Shown here: piece after piece, positions 32,289 through 43,151 of the stretch
How the letters are laid out: the number at the start of each line of letters is the position of its first letter
Position numbering within the stretch: the first letter of the stretch is position 1
From: an uncultured delta proteobacterium
Lineage (GTDB): Bacteria > Desulfobacterota > WTBG01 > CAIYCZ01
Assembly: GCA_963803975.1 (NCBI GenBank)
Contig: CAWDOY010000001.1
Coordinates: forward strand, 96,001 to 160,000
Length of the DNA stretch: 64,000 nucleotides
Reading direction: 5' to 3'
Notes under the pieces: model-generated
Database searches by the model: none
Told to the model about the DNA's origin: nothing
Seen by the model: the letters and a program-made list of their open reading frames with translations, nothing else
Program-made: the position numbers and the translations under genes

Positions 32289-32374
32289 GAAGCTTTACAT
32301 TTTGTACTTGTATGTGCTTATATAATACACAGGTACTGTATAGGATAGCACACGGTTTCATTGCAATATAAATC

Positions 32375-34560
32375 TTGGAGAGAAGCGATGCCGGAAGAGA
32401 AAGACTAGTAATCACCACCTGCACCCATGACTGCGGCGGCAGATGCCTGCTTAAGGTGCATGTGAAGGACGGGGTAATTACCAGGATTGAAACTGATGAC
32501 GGTGAAGAGCCGCAGCTCAGGGCCTGCGCCCGGGGCCGGGCCTACCGGCAGCGGATTTATTCTCCTGAGCGCCTCAAATATCCCATGAAGCGAACTGGTG
32601 AGCGGGGTGAGGGGAAGTTTGAGCGTATCTCCTGGGATGAAGCCCTTGATACGGTGGCGGGCGAATTAAAACGCATTAAAAATACCTACGGCAACCCGGC
32701 TATTTTTCATGTGAGCTATTCCGGCAACACCGGCACCATGCTGCACAGTCAACTCGCGGTGGTGCGCCTTCTTACCATGTTCGGCGGGTTCACCCCTACC
32801 TGGGGGTCAGCCTCCTTCTGGGGCAATCTGTTTGCATCCCAGATGACCTACGGCACGCTCACCACCGGCAACTACCCGTGATGACCTACCCAACGCGCGC
32901 CTCATCATTATGTGGGGCTGGAACCCGGCAGAATCAATCCAGATTACAACCACCAGCTATTACATGACCCTGGCCAAAGAGGCCGGGGTAAAAGTTGTTG
33001 CGGTTGACCCGCGCTTTACCGACTCTGCCGCAGCGTATGCATCGCAGTGGATACCGATCAGGCCGGGAACCGATACGGCCATGCTTATAGCCATGGCTTA
33101 TGTGATGATAAAGGAAAACCTGCAGGATCAGAAGTTTCTTGATACCTATACCATCGGGTTTGAGCAGTTCCGGGAATATGTCATGGGCATTGCTGACGGA
33201 ATACTAAAGACACCTGCCTGGGCGGAGGATATCACCGGAGTGTCGGCAGCTACCATCGAGCAGCTTGCCCGGGAATATGCCACGACAAAACCGGCAAAGC
33301 TTCTGACGCTTGGCGCTCCGGGACGCACCGCGTTCGGCGAACAGTTTCACCGCGCGGCAGCCACCCTTGCGGCAATGACCGGCAACATCGGCATCTATGG
33401 CGGTGAATCTGCCGGCTTCGGCCTTGCGCCGGTCGGCCTCCAGCCGCTTGCTTCGGCAGCGCTGCTGCACGGGGGCAAGCCCGGCAATCTGCCGGAAGGG
33501 ACCTCCCCTAAAAAAGGAGTGCACATCACCAAGGTGTGGGATGCCATCCTCAAAGGCACGCAAGGGGGTTATCCCGCTGATTTCAAGATGGTCTATACCA
33601 CCAACGGCAATCCCGTGAACCAGTTCATGAATTCAAATAAAGCCGTTCAAGCGCTGAAGAGCCTTGAGTTTGTGGTGGTGCATGAGCAGTTCATGACCGC
33701 GACCGCCCGCTATGCTGATATACTGCTGCCGGTCAATACCTTCTTTGAGCGAAATGATATTGTGCGGCCATGGCACGCTGCCCCGTATTATATTTATGCA
33801 AACAAGGTAATTGATTCGCTCCACGAGTCAAAATCAGATTTTGATATATGCACGGAACTGGCCCCGCGATTGGGTATCGAAGGATACAGTGACAAGACCG
33901 AGGACGAGTGGCTGCGGCTTGCCTGGCAGTCGGCTGAGCACTTCACCCTCACAAAACCGCTTGCGGGCTATGATGAGCTGAAGCAGAAGGGGGTGCATAA
34001 GATTCCCCTTAAACAGCCTGCTGTTGCTTTCAAGGAGCAGGTGGAGGATGTCAAGAACCATCCGTTCCCCACGCCTTCAGGGAAAATCGAGATCTACTCG
34101 CAGCGCCTGGCAGACATGAACAACCCGAAGCTTACCCCCATGCCCACCTATATTGAGCCCTGGGAAGGGACGCGTGACGCGCTTGCGCAGAAGTATCCGC
34201 TGCAGCTTATTTCAACACACTACAAGAGACGCATTCACTCCCAGATGGATAATATCCCGTGGATGAGAGAGCTTGAGCCGCAGACCGTCTGGATAAGCTC
34301 TGCTGACGCGCAACAGCGCAGCATTCAGCACGGCGATATGGTGAAAATATTTCAATGACCGGGGCACGGTGGTGCTTCCGGCAAAGGTGACGGAGCGGAT
34401 TATGCCCGGCGTGGTGAGCATTGATCAGGGCGCATGGTTTAAGCCGGATAAGGAGGGTGTTGACCGGGGCGGCTGCGTTAATGTGCTGCTGAAAGACGAG
34501 CATTCACCGGCAGGCGCGTTCTGCAGCAACACCGGTTTGGTGCAGATACAGAAAAGTTAA
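32375..34560 (+). CDS. DMSO-reductase-family molybdopterin oxidoreductase catalytic subunit, DmsA-like (2 frameshifts, no Tat signal)
   Basis: CTHDCGGRC...RACARG [4Fe-4S], [43 protein letters not shown]. Confidence 0.9.
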
Positions 34561-34620
34561 AACCGCAGAAGAGCAGCCTGAAAGCTGACCGCTGACGGCT
34601 GATAGCAATTGGAGCTTGTT

Positions 34621-35176
34621 ATGCAGATGGCATTTTACTTTGATCAATCCCGCTGTATCGGCTGCTACGCGTGCAGCGTGGCGTGCAAGGACTGGAATAA
34701 TATAGAGGCCGGCCCGGCACAGTGGCGGCGGGTGACGGCACAAGAGTGGGGCGCATACCCCGAGGTTTTTTTAACCTATGTTTCGCTCTCATGCAGTCAC
34801 TGCGCGCAGCCTGCCTGCGCAGATGCATGCCCGGTGAATGCCATCACCAAGAACGGGGAAAACGGGGTTATGGCGGTCAACCGGGAAGAATGCCTGGGAT
34901 ATGATGCCTGCGGGGCCTGTAAGAAAGCCTGCCCGTACGCGGTGCCGCAGTTTGGCAGCGAAGAGAATGCGAGGATGCAGATGTGCACGTTTTGCAATGA
35001 TCGATTGAAGGAAAACAGGAAGCCTGCCTGTGTGGATGCGTGCCCGGTGCGGGCGCTTGACGCGGGACCAATAGAAGAGCTGCAGGCAAAATACGGGAAG
35101 CGTAATGCAGGTGCCCGGCTTCACATATTCCGGCACGACAAAGCCGTCAATTCTTTTTAAACCAAGATATAAATAA
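34621..35176 (+). CDS. DmsB-like 4x[4Fe-4S] subunit (frameshift near the C-terminus)
   Basis: CIGCYACSVAC, CSHCAQPACADACP, CLGYDACGACKKACP, CTFC...ACVDACP. The natural end KPSILFKPRYK* lies in a shifted frame. Confidence 0.9.
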
Positions 35177-35208
35177 AACCCGAAACCCCAGTCCCGAACC
35201 CCTGATCC

Positions 35209-35637
35209 CTACTCAAGGGGCTCCACAAATTCAATGAGCATGCCGCCGGTGTCCTTCGGGTCAAAATAGGCAACTTTGCTTCTCTTCATGTTGAGGATGC
35301 CGTTTCTGGTGACGTGCCCCAGATGCACGCCCTTCTTTTCCATGGCTTTCACGTCTTCTTCAAGATTGTCCACCACGAACGCAATATGATTGATGCCTTC
35401 CCGCGGGTTCCCGAGAAACGTTCTGAAATTCTCTGTCAGCGGCTGGATAATCTCCAGCTCTATGTCGCCGATTGACAGGAAAGCGAATATGGTCTCGGTC
35501 TCCGTGCCTCTTTCCGGGACAAAACGGATGTCTTTGTCTTCAAGTCCCAGAAGATTCTTATAGACCGCAAGTGACGCGTCAATATCATTTACAATGATGC
35601 CCAGATGCCGTATTTTTTTTATCATGGTATTATGCAC
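35209..35637 (-). CDS. VOC-family protein (methylmalonyl-CoA epimerase-like)
   Basis: IRHLGIIV, ELEIIQP, GINHIAFVV, GGMLIEFVE metal ligands. Confidence 0.82.
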   Translation of the reverse strand: MHNTMIKKIRHLGIIVNDIDASLAVYKNLLGLEDKDIRFVPERGTETETIFAFLSIGDIELEIIQPLTENFRTFLGNPREGINHIAFVVDNLEEDVKAMEKKGVHLGHVTRNGILNMKRSKVAYFDPKDTGGMLIEFVEPLE

Positions 35638-35748
35638 CTCCTTATATATGATTAATGGAACGCTTTAAGCCAGTCAAGATAAAAAGGGCTTTGAGGCAAC
35701 CGGTCAGCAACTGTTGACTATTTGGAAACAGGTATGTTAAAGCACTAT

Positions 35749-35874
35749 CAGGCTGTTGAAAAACACCCATCTGCGGCGTTTCCCTCTTCCTTCGTTGTTG
35801 CGGCGTACCCTGAAGTACGCCTCACTTCTGGAGGATTTCGGGAGCCTTGCATCTGTGCATTTTTGACCAGCTCG
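35749..35874. mobile_element. ~125-bp MITE/REP-like element, family B
   Basis: Imperfect terminal IR CAGGCTGTTGAAAAA / TTTTTGACCAGCTCG and internal hairpin GGCGTAC-CCTGAA-GTACGCC. Confidence 0.6.
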
Positions 35875-35909
35875 GGAAAAACAACTGTTTCAAAAACATG
35901 ATAGGTACT

Positions 35910-36761
35910 ATGAAAAAAAATGTGCCTGCCAAGTCCAGCCTTTCAAAGGGTGTGATGACACTGTCAGGATGGTTGGGAATTTTAATAACCATCTGGACCA
36001 TCTGGTTTACTCAGATCGCTTACGCTGCCCCTGTAGAAAAAACTGTTCCCCGCAATCCGGATATTTTTAAAGGAGAAGTGCTTACGTTTGATATAAGTTT
36101 CTGGCTGTTTAAAAATGCAGCCCATGCCCGGATGACTTTTAAGAAAGCCGGGGACACCTATATCGCAACAATGGAAGCGCAGACCAGCGGATTTATTGGT
36201 TTTATCAGCCGCAACTTGAAAGAGAGCATGACCAGCACCATGCGGTTTGATTCCCGGAGGGGATGTTTTCAGCCGTTGTCTTATCAGGAGGTGTTCACCC
36301 AGGGCGAGCGTACCAGGAAAAGAACCGTAACCTTCAGTCATGACAAAAGAGTTCTTGCGGTCACCTATGAAGGCACCGGCGTTAAAAAGAAGACCATCAC
36401 GAAAAAATTTTTCAAACCGGACTGCGATGACCTGCTGACCGCATTTTATAACGTGCGCCTGGGGTACTATGGAGACATGCAAAAGGGCAACAGGTACCCG
36501 GTCATCATTTATACTAAGGAACGACCTTCAACCATGCAGGTATCATTTCCTGACGACAGCAGAACACCTCCGAAAAACCCCTGCAATGGAACCCGCTACG
36601 TTGTTGTTTCCATGGATAAGGACCTTACCAATATCGCCAGCCGGCAGCTCAACGGATGGCTTTCACAAGACCTTGTTCCTTTGTGCGGCACTGTTGAAGA
36701 TGCCTATCTGCTTGGCGATTTAAAGGTAATGCTGAGAGAGCGAATAATTTCAAGCGAGTAA
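35910..36761 (+). CDS. DUF3108-like exported protein
   Basis: Signal/TM segment, GEVLTFDISFW, DDLLTAFYNVR, beta-rich body. Confidence 0.7.
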   Translation: MKKNVPAKSSLSKGVMTLSGWLGILITIWTIWFTQIAYAAPVEKTVPRNPDIFKGEVLTFDISFWLFKNAAHARMTFKKAGDTYIATMEAQTSGFIGFISRNLKESMTSTMRFDSRRGCFQPLSYQEVFTQGERTRKRTVTFSHDKRVLAVTYEGTGVKKKTITKKFFKPDCDDLLTAFYNVRLGYYGDMQKGNRYPVIIYTKERPSTMQVSFPDDSRTPPKNPCNGTRYVVVSMDKDLTNIASRQLNGWLSQDLVPLCGTVEDAYLLGDLKVMLRERIISSE

Positions 36762-36915
36762 ACACTGCTCACGACTTTGCGTTCACAAGCACACGGTATC
36801 CCCATTCTGCCTCCGGTCTCTTCCCTTTACCATCAGCACGGCGCTAAACAATACTCAACCGATTGCCCCCGCACCGCACCCCCATAAAACAAAAGTTATT
36901 TGCTTCCACCAGTAA

Positions 36916-37075
36916 ATCAAGGTTGATGCTCTCGTAAAAAAGTAAAAAAACTGTCATTGCGAACGAAGTGAAGCAATCTCTGCCTGTGTAAGTGCTTGAA
37001 AAAGCGAGATTGCTGCGTCGCTCCGCTCATGGCAAAGACATACGTCGAGGCTTTTTTTACGAGACCATCAAGGTT
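36916..37075. mobile_element. ~150-bp MITE/REP-like element, family A, copy 2
   Basis: TTGATGCTCTCGTAAAAAAG / CTTTTTTTACGAGACCATCAA IR. Inner TGTCATTGCGAA...GAAGCAATCTC...GAGATTGC. Direct repeat ATCAAGGTT at both ends. Confidence 0.8.
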
Positions 37076-37283
37076 CCTTTACAAATTTGCACCAGGCCCT
37101 GAAGCATAAACGATGGGGGAGAACGGTGTCATGCAGCTTGCGCGTTCCTAATTAAAGCAATAACAGTCAGTTATCGCCGGGTTGGGGGCATCTAATTTAT
37201 TTTATTATCTTTTGGCAATAAAATTGCTTCTGTATACGCGCGACATGATATGCGGTGCATTAGACTAATGGAGGATTAAATAA

Positions 37284-39360
37284 ATGCAATACGAGCTGGC
37301 AAAAAACATTAAATACAACAAAATGTCGTCTATAGACATTATTAATAAAGACAATGGCAATGGAACAAAGATGTGCGGAACAATGCCTGAAGGAGTGGTT
37401 GAATCATTATACGAAAATGCTCCCATAGGAATTTTTGTCATTAATCAAAAAAAAGAAATAGTAAACTTTAACAAAGAAGCGGTAAAAATATTTGGCTATC
37501 AACCTGAAGAGATTATCGGGAAACATCTGGTCACACTTATTCCGGACCGCTATCGCAATTTCCACTTCAAAGTTTTTGGTGCTGTGATGGGCAGCCCGGA
37601 GAGCAGTTCCAAGACCTATGAGTTCATAGGGTCTGAAAAAAAACGGTGAAGAATTTTCTGCTGAATTCAGCTTTTGTCTCCCGCAGGACCAACATGAACC
37701 GGTTATGATAATCAGCGCCCGGGATATCAGTTCACGCAAAGGGCTTGAAATCGAGATGAAGGAACGGGCTGATGTCCTCCAGGAATATTTAAAGCTGCAT
37801 AATCAGTGGCTTGTTGAAACCGAACAAAAATACACTGTTCTGTTCGAGGCATCAAAAACCGGGCTTTTTTATGTGCAGGAAGACGGAACCGTCTTTGATC
37901 TCAACACGGTAGCAGAGGAAATGCTCTGCCTGGACAAGAGCGCGGTCATCAATAAGCCGCTTATTCAGATCATGCCGGAGCATGAGTGGGAAAAGAAAGA
38001 AGAGCTTATAAAAAAGATTTTTAAAGATGTGCTGCAGTTCAATGCAGATAAGGTAATGGAAGGTTTTATTGTCAACAGCCAGGGCCGGGAGATTCCCAGC
38101 GAATTTTGTTTCAGAAAAATAGAGAAAGGGGCAGAGCGGCAGATCGTGTGCATGGTGCGGGATATATCGATTATGAAACAGATCGAAGATCAGCTCATTC
38201 AATCCCAGAAATTTGAAGGGCTCGGGGTGCTCATAGGGGGCATGGTGCACAACTTCAAGAATATAATGACCAGCATTATGGGATATGTTTCTCTTATGAG
38301 AACCATGGTGACACAGGATGAGAAACTCTGCAGATATTTAAATATTGTTGAGACCTCCTGTACCCGGGCTTCTGATCTGTCCAAAGAAGTGTTAGCAATC
38401 GGCAAAAAGCAGGAAAGCGTCAAAAAAATTATTAATATCAACAGCGTGATAGAGAGAAGCACGGTACTGTTTGAAGACTGTACCGATAAACGGTTTGTCG
38501 TGGATAAGGAGCTTGACCCTGCCCTGGGCCGTGCCGAGTGTAATGAAAGCCAGGTGGAGCAGGTAGTGCTCAATCTTCTGCTCAATGCACGGGATGCGAT
38601 GCCCGATGGCGGAGAAATTTTTGTCCGGACGCAGAACATCTATCTGAACCATGAAGCGTGTAAACATTACCACAATGTCACCGGTGGAAATTTTATCGAA
38701 ATTTTAGTAAAAGATTGCGGCAGCGGCATGTCGCAGGAAATACAGAAAAGGATTTTTGAACCGTTTTTTACCACTAAGGAAGAAGGACGGGGTACCGGGC
38801 TGGGGCTCTCGACCGTAGAGCGGATTGTGAAAAATCATCGAGGTTTTGTAGAAGTATTCAGCAGGGAGGGGCAGGGAACAACGTTTAAAATATATGTACC
38901 CGTCTATGAGGCCGCTGCAACTGATGCCAGGGACAACCGGCTGCATCCGGTTATGAAAAAAGGCTCGGAAACCATTCTGGCCGTTGATGACGAAAACAAG
39001 ATTATCCGCTTGATCTCTGAATCCATGGGAGCACTGGGCTACAACATTATATCCGCATCAGACGGGCAGGAAGCGGTCAAGCTGTTTGCGCAAAACAAGT
39101 CAGACATTGATCTGGTGATACTTGATCTCATGATGCCGTCCATGAACGGCTACGAAGCATTTAAGGAAATTAAAGCCATAGACCCAGCAACCAAGATTAT
39201 CCTGTGCACCGGATATGTGGCTGATGAGAATGTCCAGGAGATGCTGAATAATGGCGTCAAAGGGCTCCTCAAGAAGCCGTACCGGATAGAAGACCTCTCC
39301 CGTGCAGTCCGGCTGGTGCTGGACGAGCACGCTGCCGCCACGCCCTATTACCAGCAATAG
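37284..39360 (+). CDS. Hybrid PAS-PAS histidine kinase/receiver (frameshift at ~37630)
   Basis: Two PAS domains, GGMVHNFKN H-box, NLLLNARDAM, DCGSGM, FFTTK, GTGLGL, receiver ILDLMMP...KPY. Confidence 0.92.
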
Positions 39361-39413
39361 GGCGTCTTCAGGAAATTTCATCCTGTATCTGTCTTGCTTT
39401 AAGCATAAAGTTA

Positions 39414-39442
39414 TTGACATTAGCCCCGGTATCCGCTACTTT
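39414..39442 (+). promoter_or_regulatory. Putative sigma70 promoter for greA
   Basis: TTGACA-17 nt-TACTTT. Confidence 0.45.
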
Positions 39443-39566
39443 TTAACCAACTATATGACATGGTGCATTCCAGAGGGTAACCAGCAGGTTATCCTCTCTG
39501 TTTTTTATATGTGCCGATCATTATCCGGCAGTGCAATTTTTTAACAGGGAGGCAGACAGAGCGTCT

Positions 39567-40040
39567 ATGGATAAAGTTCCTATGACCAGGCAGGGGTATG
39601 AGGCCCTGATGGAAAAACTCAGAAAGTGGAAGGCAATTGACCGGCAGCAGATTATCAAGGAGATTGAAGTTGCCCGCGACTTTGGTGACATATCAGAGAA
39701 CGCGGAGTATGAAGCTGCGAAAGAAAAACAGGGCCTTATCGAGAAGGGGATCAAAGAACTCGAACAGAAGCTTACCCATGCCATGGTGATTGATCCCGGA
39801 TCGCTCAGTTCCGACAAGGTTATATTTGGTGCCACGGTAAGCCTGAAAGACCTGGACCGGGGGGAGAAAATATACTATCAGATAGTAGGCGCTGATGAAT
39901 CAGATGTTGAGCAGGGAAAAATTTCCATCAACTCGCCCATTGCCCGGGCGCTCATCGGCAAAGAGGAAGGTGACGATGTGGCGGTGCAGACCCCCGGAGG
40001 GGTGCGTAACTATTCAATTCTTGAAATAAACTTTAAATGA
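39567..40040 (+). CDS. greA: Transcription elongation factor GreA
   Basis: PMTRQGY, ARDFGDISENAEYEAAKE, ISINSPIARALIGK. Confidence 0.97.
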   Translation: MDKVPMTRQGYEALMEKLRKWKAIDRQQIIKEIEVARDFGDISENAEYEAAKEKQGLIEKGIKELEQKLTHAMVIDPGSLSSDKVIFGATVSLKDLDRGEKIYYQIVGADESDVEQGKISINSPIARALIGKEEGDDVAVQTPGGVRNYSILEINFK

Positions 40041-40050
40041 GCATGATCCC

Positions 40051-40434
40051 ATGAAATTCTGCCCGAACTGTGAAACAGAATATGTTGACAGCATAGAGTC
40101 CTGTGCTGACTGCAATGCCCGCCTTATTGGCGAAGAAGAAATGAAAACCATTATGGCAGCGCGGGCACGGGAGGCAGAAGAAATTTTTATCAAGGTTGAA
40201 ACCATCGACAATCAGTTTGAAGCTGATGTCATAAAAAATGCTTTAGAAAACGAACATATCCCGGTCATGGTGCGAAGCTTTCACGACACTGCCTACAACG
40301 GCATCTATATACCGCAAAAGGGATGGGGCCTTGTGCTGGTGCCTCAGGCGCATCAAGAAAAGGCCCGGGAAATCATTGCCGCCTTAAAAAGCAGCTTTAA
40401 AAATGATGATGATAGTAGTATAAGCTCAGAATAA
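40051..40434 (+). CDS. Zinc-ribbon + DUF2007 (PII-like) protein
   Basis: FCPNCETEY...CADC; EADVIKNALENEHIP...VLVP....KAREII. Confidence 0.75.
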   Translation: MKFCPNCETEYVDSIESCADCNARLIGEEEMKTIMAARAREAEEIFIKVETIDNQFEADVIKNALENEHIPVMVRSFHDTAYNGIYIPQKGWGLVLVPQAHQEKAREIIAALKSSFKNDDDSSISSE

Positions 40435-40523
40435 GCAGCCCGGTGCTGATGTGAGGATTGCGCGCGTAGCACGCTCCGTGGCTGAAACCTGCACACAATT
40501 ATTTCGCTGACAGTTCACCCGCT

Positions 40524-41033
40524 ATGACTATGCCAGCAAAACCCAGAGTTGCTGCACTCGGGGTTGATCCAGGCCTTGCTGCAACCGGATATGCCGTAAT
40601 CCGCACCAATGCACGGGGTGGTGAGGCCTGCGCCTGGGGCAGCCTTACCACCTCTTCAAAGCTTTCTCTTCCGCAGCGTCTTCAGATCATCTATCATGGC
40701 ATCGAAGCATTGCTTAAAGACTGGCAGCCGGTGCTGCTCATTATGGAAGATATCTATGTAACAGGGCATTTCCCCAAGGCCGCCATCCAGTTAGGAGAAG
40801 TGAAGGGGGTCATTTGTCTTGCCGCGCAGGAGCACCAGGTGGCAGTTATGAGAATGAATCCGACCGAGGTTAAGTGCTCAATAACCGGCCATGGCCGGGC
40901 TGCCAAAGAACAGGTCAGAAAAGCGGTCAAGCGGGTTCTGCAGATGCAGGAGGACATTACCCCGGATCACGCCTCTGATGCTGCAGCACTTGCCATAACC
41001 GGCCTGTCGCGGAAGGGATATTACCGGTGGTAG
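40524..41033 (+). CDS. ruvC: Holliday junction resolvase RuvC
   Basis: LGVDPGLAATGY, ED, PTEVKCSITGHGRAAKEQV, DHASDAAALA. Confidence 0.96.
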   Translation: MTMPAKPRVAALGVDPGLAATGYAVIRTNARGGEACAWGSLTTSSKLSLPQRLQIIYHGIEALLKDWQPVLLIMEDIYVTGHFPKAAIQLGEVKGVICLAAQEHQVAVMRMNPTEVKCSITGHGRAAKEQVRKAVKRVLQMQEDITPDHASDAAALAITGLSRKGYYRW

Positions 41034-41042
41034 AGGTTTGTC

Positions 41043-41684
41043 ATGATTCGCTACCTTAAGGGGCAGTTGCTGAAAATAGATGAAGACCGCATTGTGGTGC
41101 TGACCGGCGGGGTCGGGTACGAGATACTGCTGCCGGATATTGTGCGCGGGACCTATCATGATAAAAAAGAGGGTGAAGACACGGTTGAGCTCTTCATCTC
41201 CTTCCAGCAGACCGCGCAGCAGCCAAAGCCGGTTCTCATCGGATTTAACAGCGAGATTGAACGGGAATTTTTTGAGCGGCTCATTCAGGTAAAGAGCATC
41301 GGCCCGGTGATGGCCGCCCGTTCCATGACGATGCCGGTTTCCTTAATTGCCCGGGCAATTGAGGAGCGGGATGTGGCAATGCTTAGAAAACTGAAAGGCG
41401 TTGGAGCCCGCAAGGCAGAGATGATAATATCGGAGCTTCATGGCAAGGTGGGCAAATATGCGCTGATGCGGGAGGGGGAGCGCCCTGCCGCAGACACGAT
41501 AGAGGATTTCCGCAAGCAGGTCGAGGAGGTTCTGGTGAAACAGCTCGGGCACAGCCGGGCTGAAGCTGCTGCTATGGTTATTGAAGCAGTAAAGCGCAAT
41601 CCCGCGGCTGCGACTCCTGAGGATCTGTTTGAAGAAGTTTACCGGGGGCAAAAAGAACACTCCCGGTCACACACACCTGTATAA
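41043..41684 (+). CDS. ruvA: Holliday junction branch migration protein RuvA
   Basis: MIRYLKGQL, GGVGYEI, HhH motifs VKSIGP and LKGVGARKA, located between ruvC and ruvB. Confidence 0.95.
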   Translation: MIRYLKGQLLKIDEDRIVVLTGGVGYEILLPDIVRGTYHDKKEGEDTVELFISFQQTAQQPKPVLIGFNSEIEREFFERLIQVKSIGPVMAARSMTMPVSLIARAIEERDVAMLRKLKGVGARKAEMIISELHGKVGKYALMREGERPAADTIEDFRKQVEEVLVKQLGHSRAEAAAMVIEAVKRNPAAATPEDLFEEVYRGQKEHSRSHTPV

Positions 41685-41687
41685 CGG

Positions 41688-42740
41688 TTGATGATGAAAG
41701 AAGAAGACAATACTTTTGATCTCCTGGCACCGGATAAGGACGAAGAGGATACCCGCGCACCCTTTGATCTTCGCCCCAAGCGCTTTAACGAGTATATCGG
41801 CCAGCAGCAGATAGTGGAGATGCTGAAAATCGCCGTTGAAGCTGCACAAAAGCGGGGAGAAGTGCTTGACCATGTGCTGTTCTATGGCCCGCCCGGCCTC
41901 GGGAAAACCACTCTTGCCCATATTATCGCCAATGAGATGGATGTCTCGGTAGTCCACACCTCGGGGCCGGCACTTGAAAAGGGCGGGGATCTGCTGAGCA
42001 TTCTCACGCACCTGGAACAGGGGAACGTGCTGTTTATTGATGAAATACACCGCCTTCCCAAAGTGGTTGAGGAATTTCTCTACCCCGCCATGGAAGACTT
42101 TGCCGTTGATATCATATTTGACAAGGGGATGAATGCCCGGAGCTACCGCTCAAAGCTTGAGCAGTTCACCCTGGTCGGGGCCACCACCCGGGCCGGGCTT
42201 CTTTCCGCGCCGCTGCGGGAACGCTTCGGCATTTTCGGTTCGCTCGACTTTTATTCTGAGCAGGACATTGAAAAAGTAATCGTGCGCTCAGCCGCTATTC
42301 TTAATGTTTCTATTGATGAAGAAGGAGCGCGGGAGATTGCGCGCCGCTCGCGGGGCACCCCGCGCATTGCCAACCGGCTGCTGCGCAGGATCAGGGATTA
42401 CGCCGAGGTGCGGGCTGACGGCATTATAACTGCAAAAGTTGCAGACCGGGCACTGGCACTGGAAGGCATTGATGCGCTGGGACTTACGCCTTTGGACATC
42501 CGGTTTCTGAATGTCATTATCCAGGTGTATAAAGGCGGGCCGGTCGGGCTTGAAGCTATCGCAGCAACCCTGCAGGAAGAGCCTGACACGCTGGTTGATA
42601 TGGTGGAGCCATTCCTGCTGAAGGCGGGCTTACTTGCGCGCACCTCTTCAGGGCGGAAAGCAACGGAGCTGGCATTTAAGCACCTCAACATAGCGCCGCT
42701 CAGTAAAGGCGCTCAGCAGATGGAACTGCCGAAGCTGTAA
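41688..42740 (+). CDS. ruvB: Holliday junction helicase RuvB
   Basis: [50 protein letters not shown]. Confidence 0.98.
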   Translation: MMMKEEDNTFDLLAPDKDEEDTRAPFDLRPKRFNEYIGQQQIVEMLKIAVEAAQKRGEVLDHVLFYGPPGLGKTTLAHIIANEMDVSVVHTSGPALEKGGDLLSILTHLEQGNVLFIDEIHRLPKVVEEFLYPAMEDFAVDIIFDKGMNARSYRSKLEQFTLVGATTRAGLLSAPLRERFGIFGSLDFYSEQDIEKVIVRSAAILNVSIDEEGAREIARRSRGTPRIANRLLRRIRDYAEVRADGIITAKVADRALALEGIDALGLTPLDIRFLNVIIQVYKGGPVGLEAIAATLQEEPDTLVDMVEPFLLKAGLLARTSSGRKATELAFKHLNIAPLSKGAQQMELPKL

Positions 42741-43151
42741 CACGCCATTACCGCAGCTGGCCTTTCTTCACTCCTCTTTTTCTCTCCAATATATGTTTCC
42801 CCTGCGCAGCGTTGTCTGAGGAATGATTTTTGCGCAAACACCCCAGGCAGCTTTTAATATCTGATTGACTCTCATATATAAATAGCTTACAAAAGATTCA
42901 TACGCCGGCACCGTTCATTAACAAGGCGCAGCATTACAACTTTTCTTCTGTTTCCCTAACCCGGACAAGCCGGAACCAAAGTTAACCGCAAAGACTAAAA
43001 AAGAAACAAAGAAGATTGAATTCGGAACTCACAAAGGTAAAAATAAAAATTTCCTGATTTCTTGAGTTCCAGATTTTTAATTGAAACAGATACTATGCGG
43101 CAGTTAATTCATGGGCATTGAAAAAAACAGAATAAACAGGAGGGCGTAACA

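Noticed and set aside
32879..32881. TGA in the molybdoenzyme as selenocysteine
   Set aside because: Homology continues in a different frame ([20 protein letters not shown]), so this is a 1-nt frameshift and not read-through.
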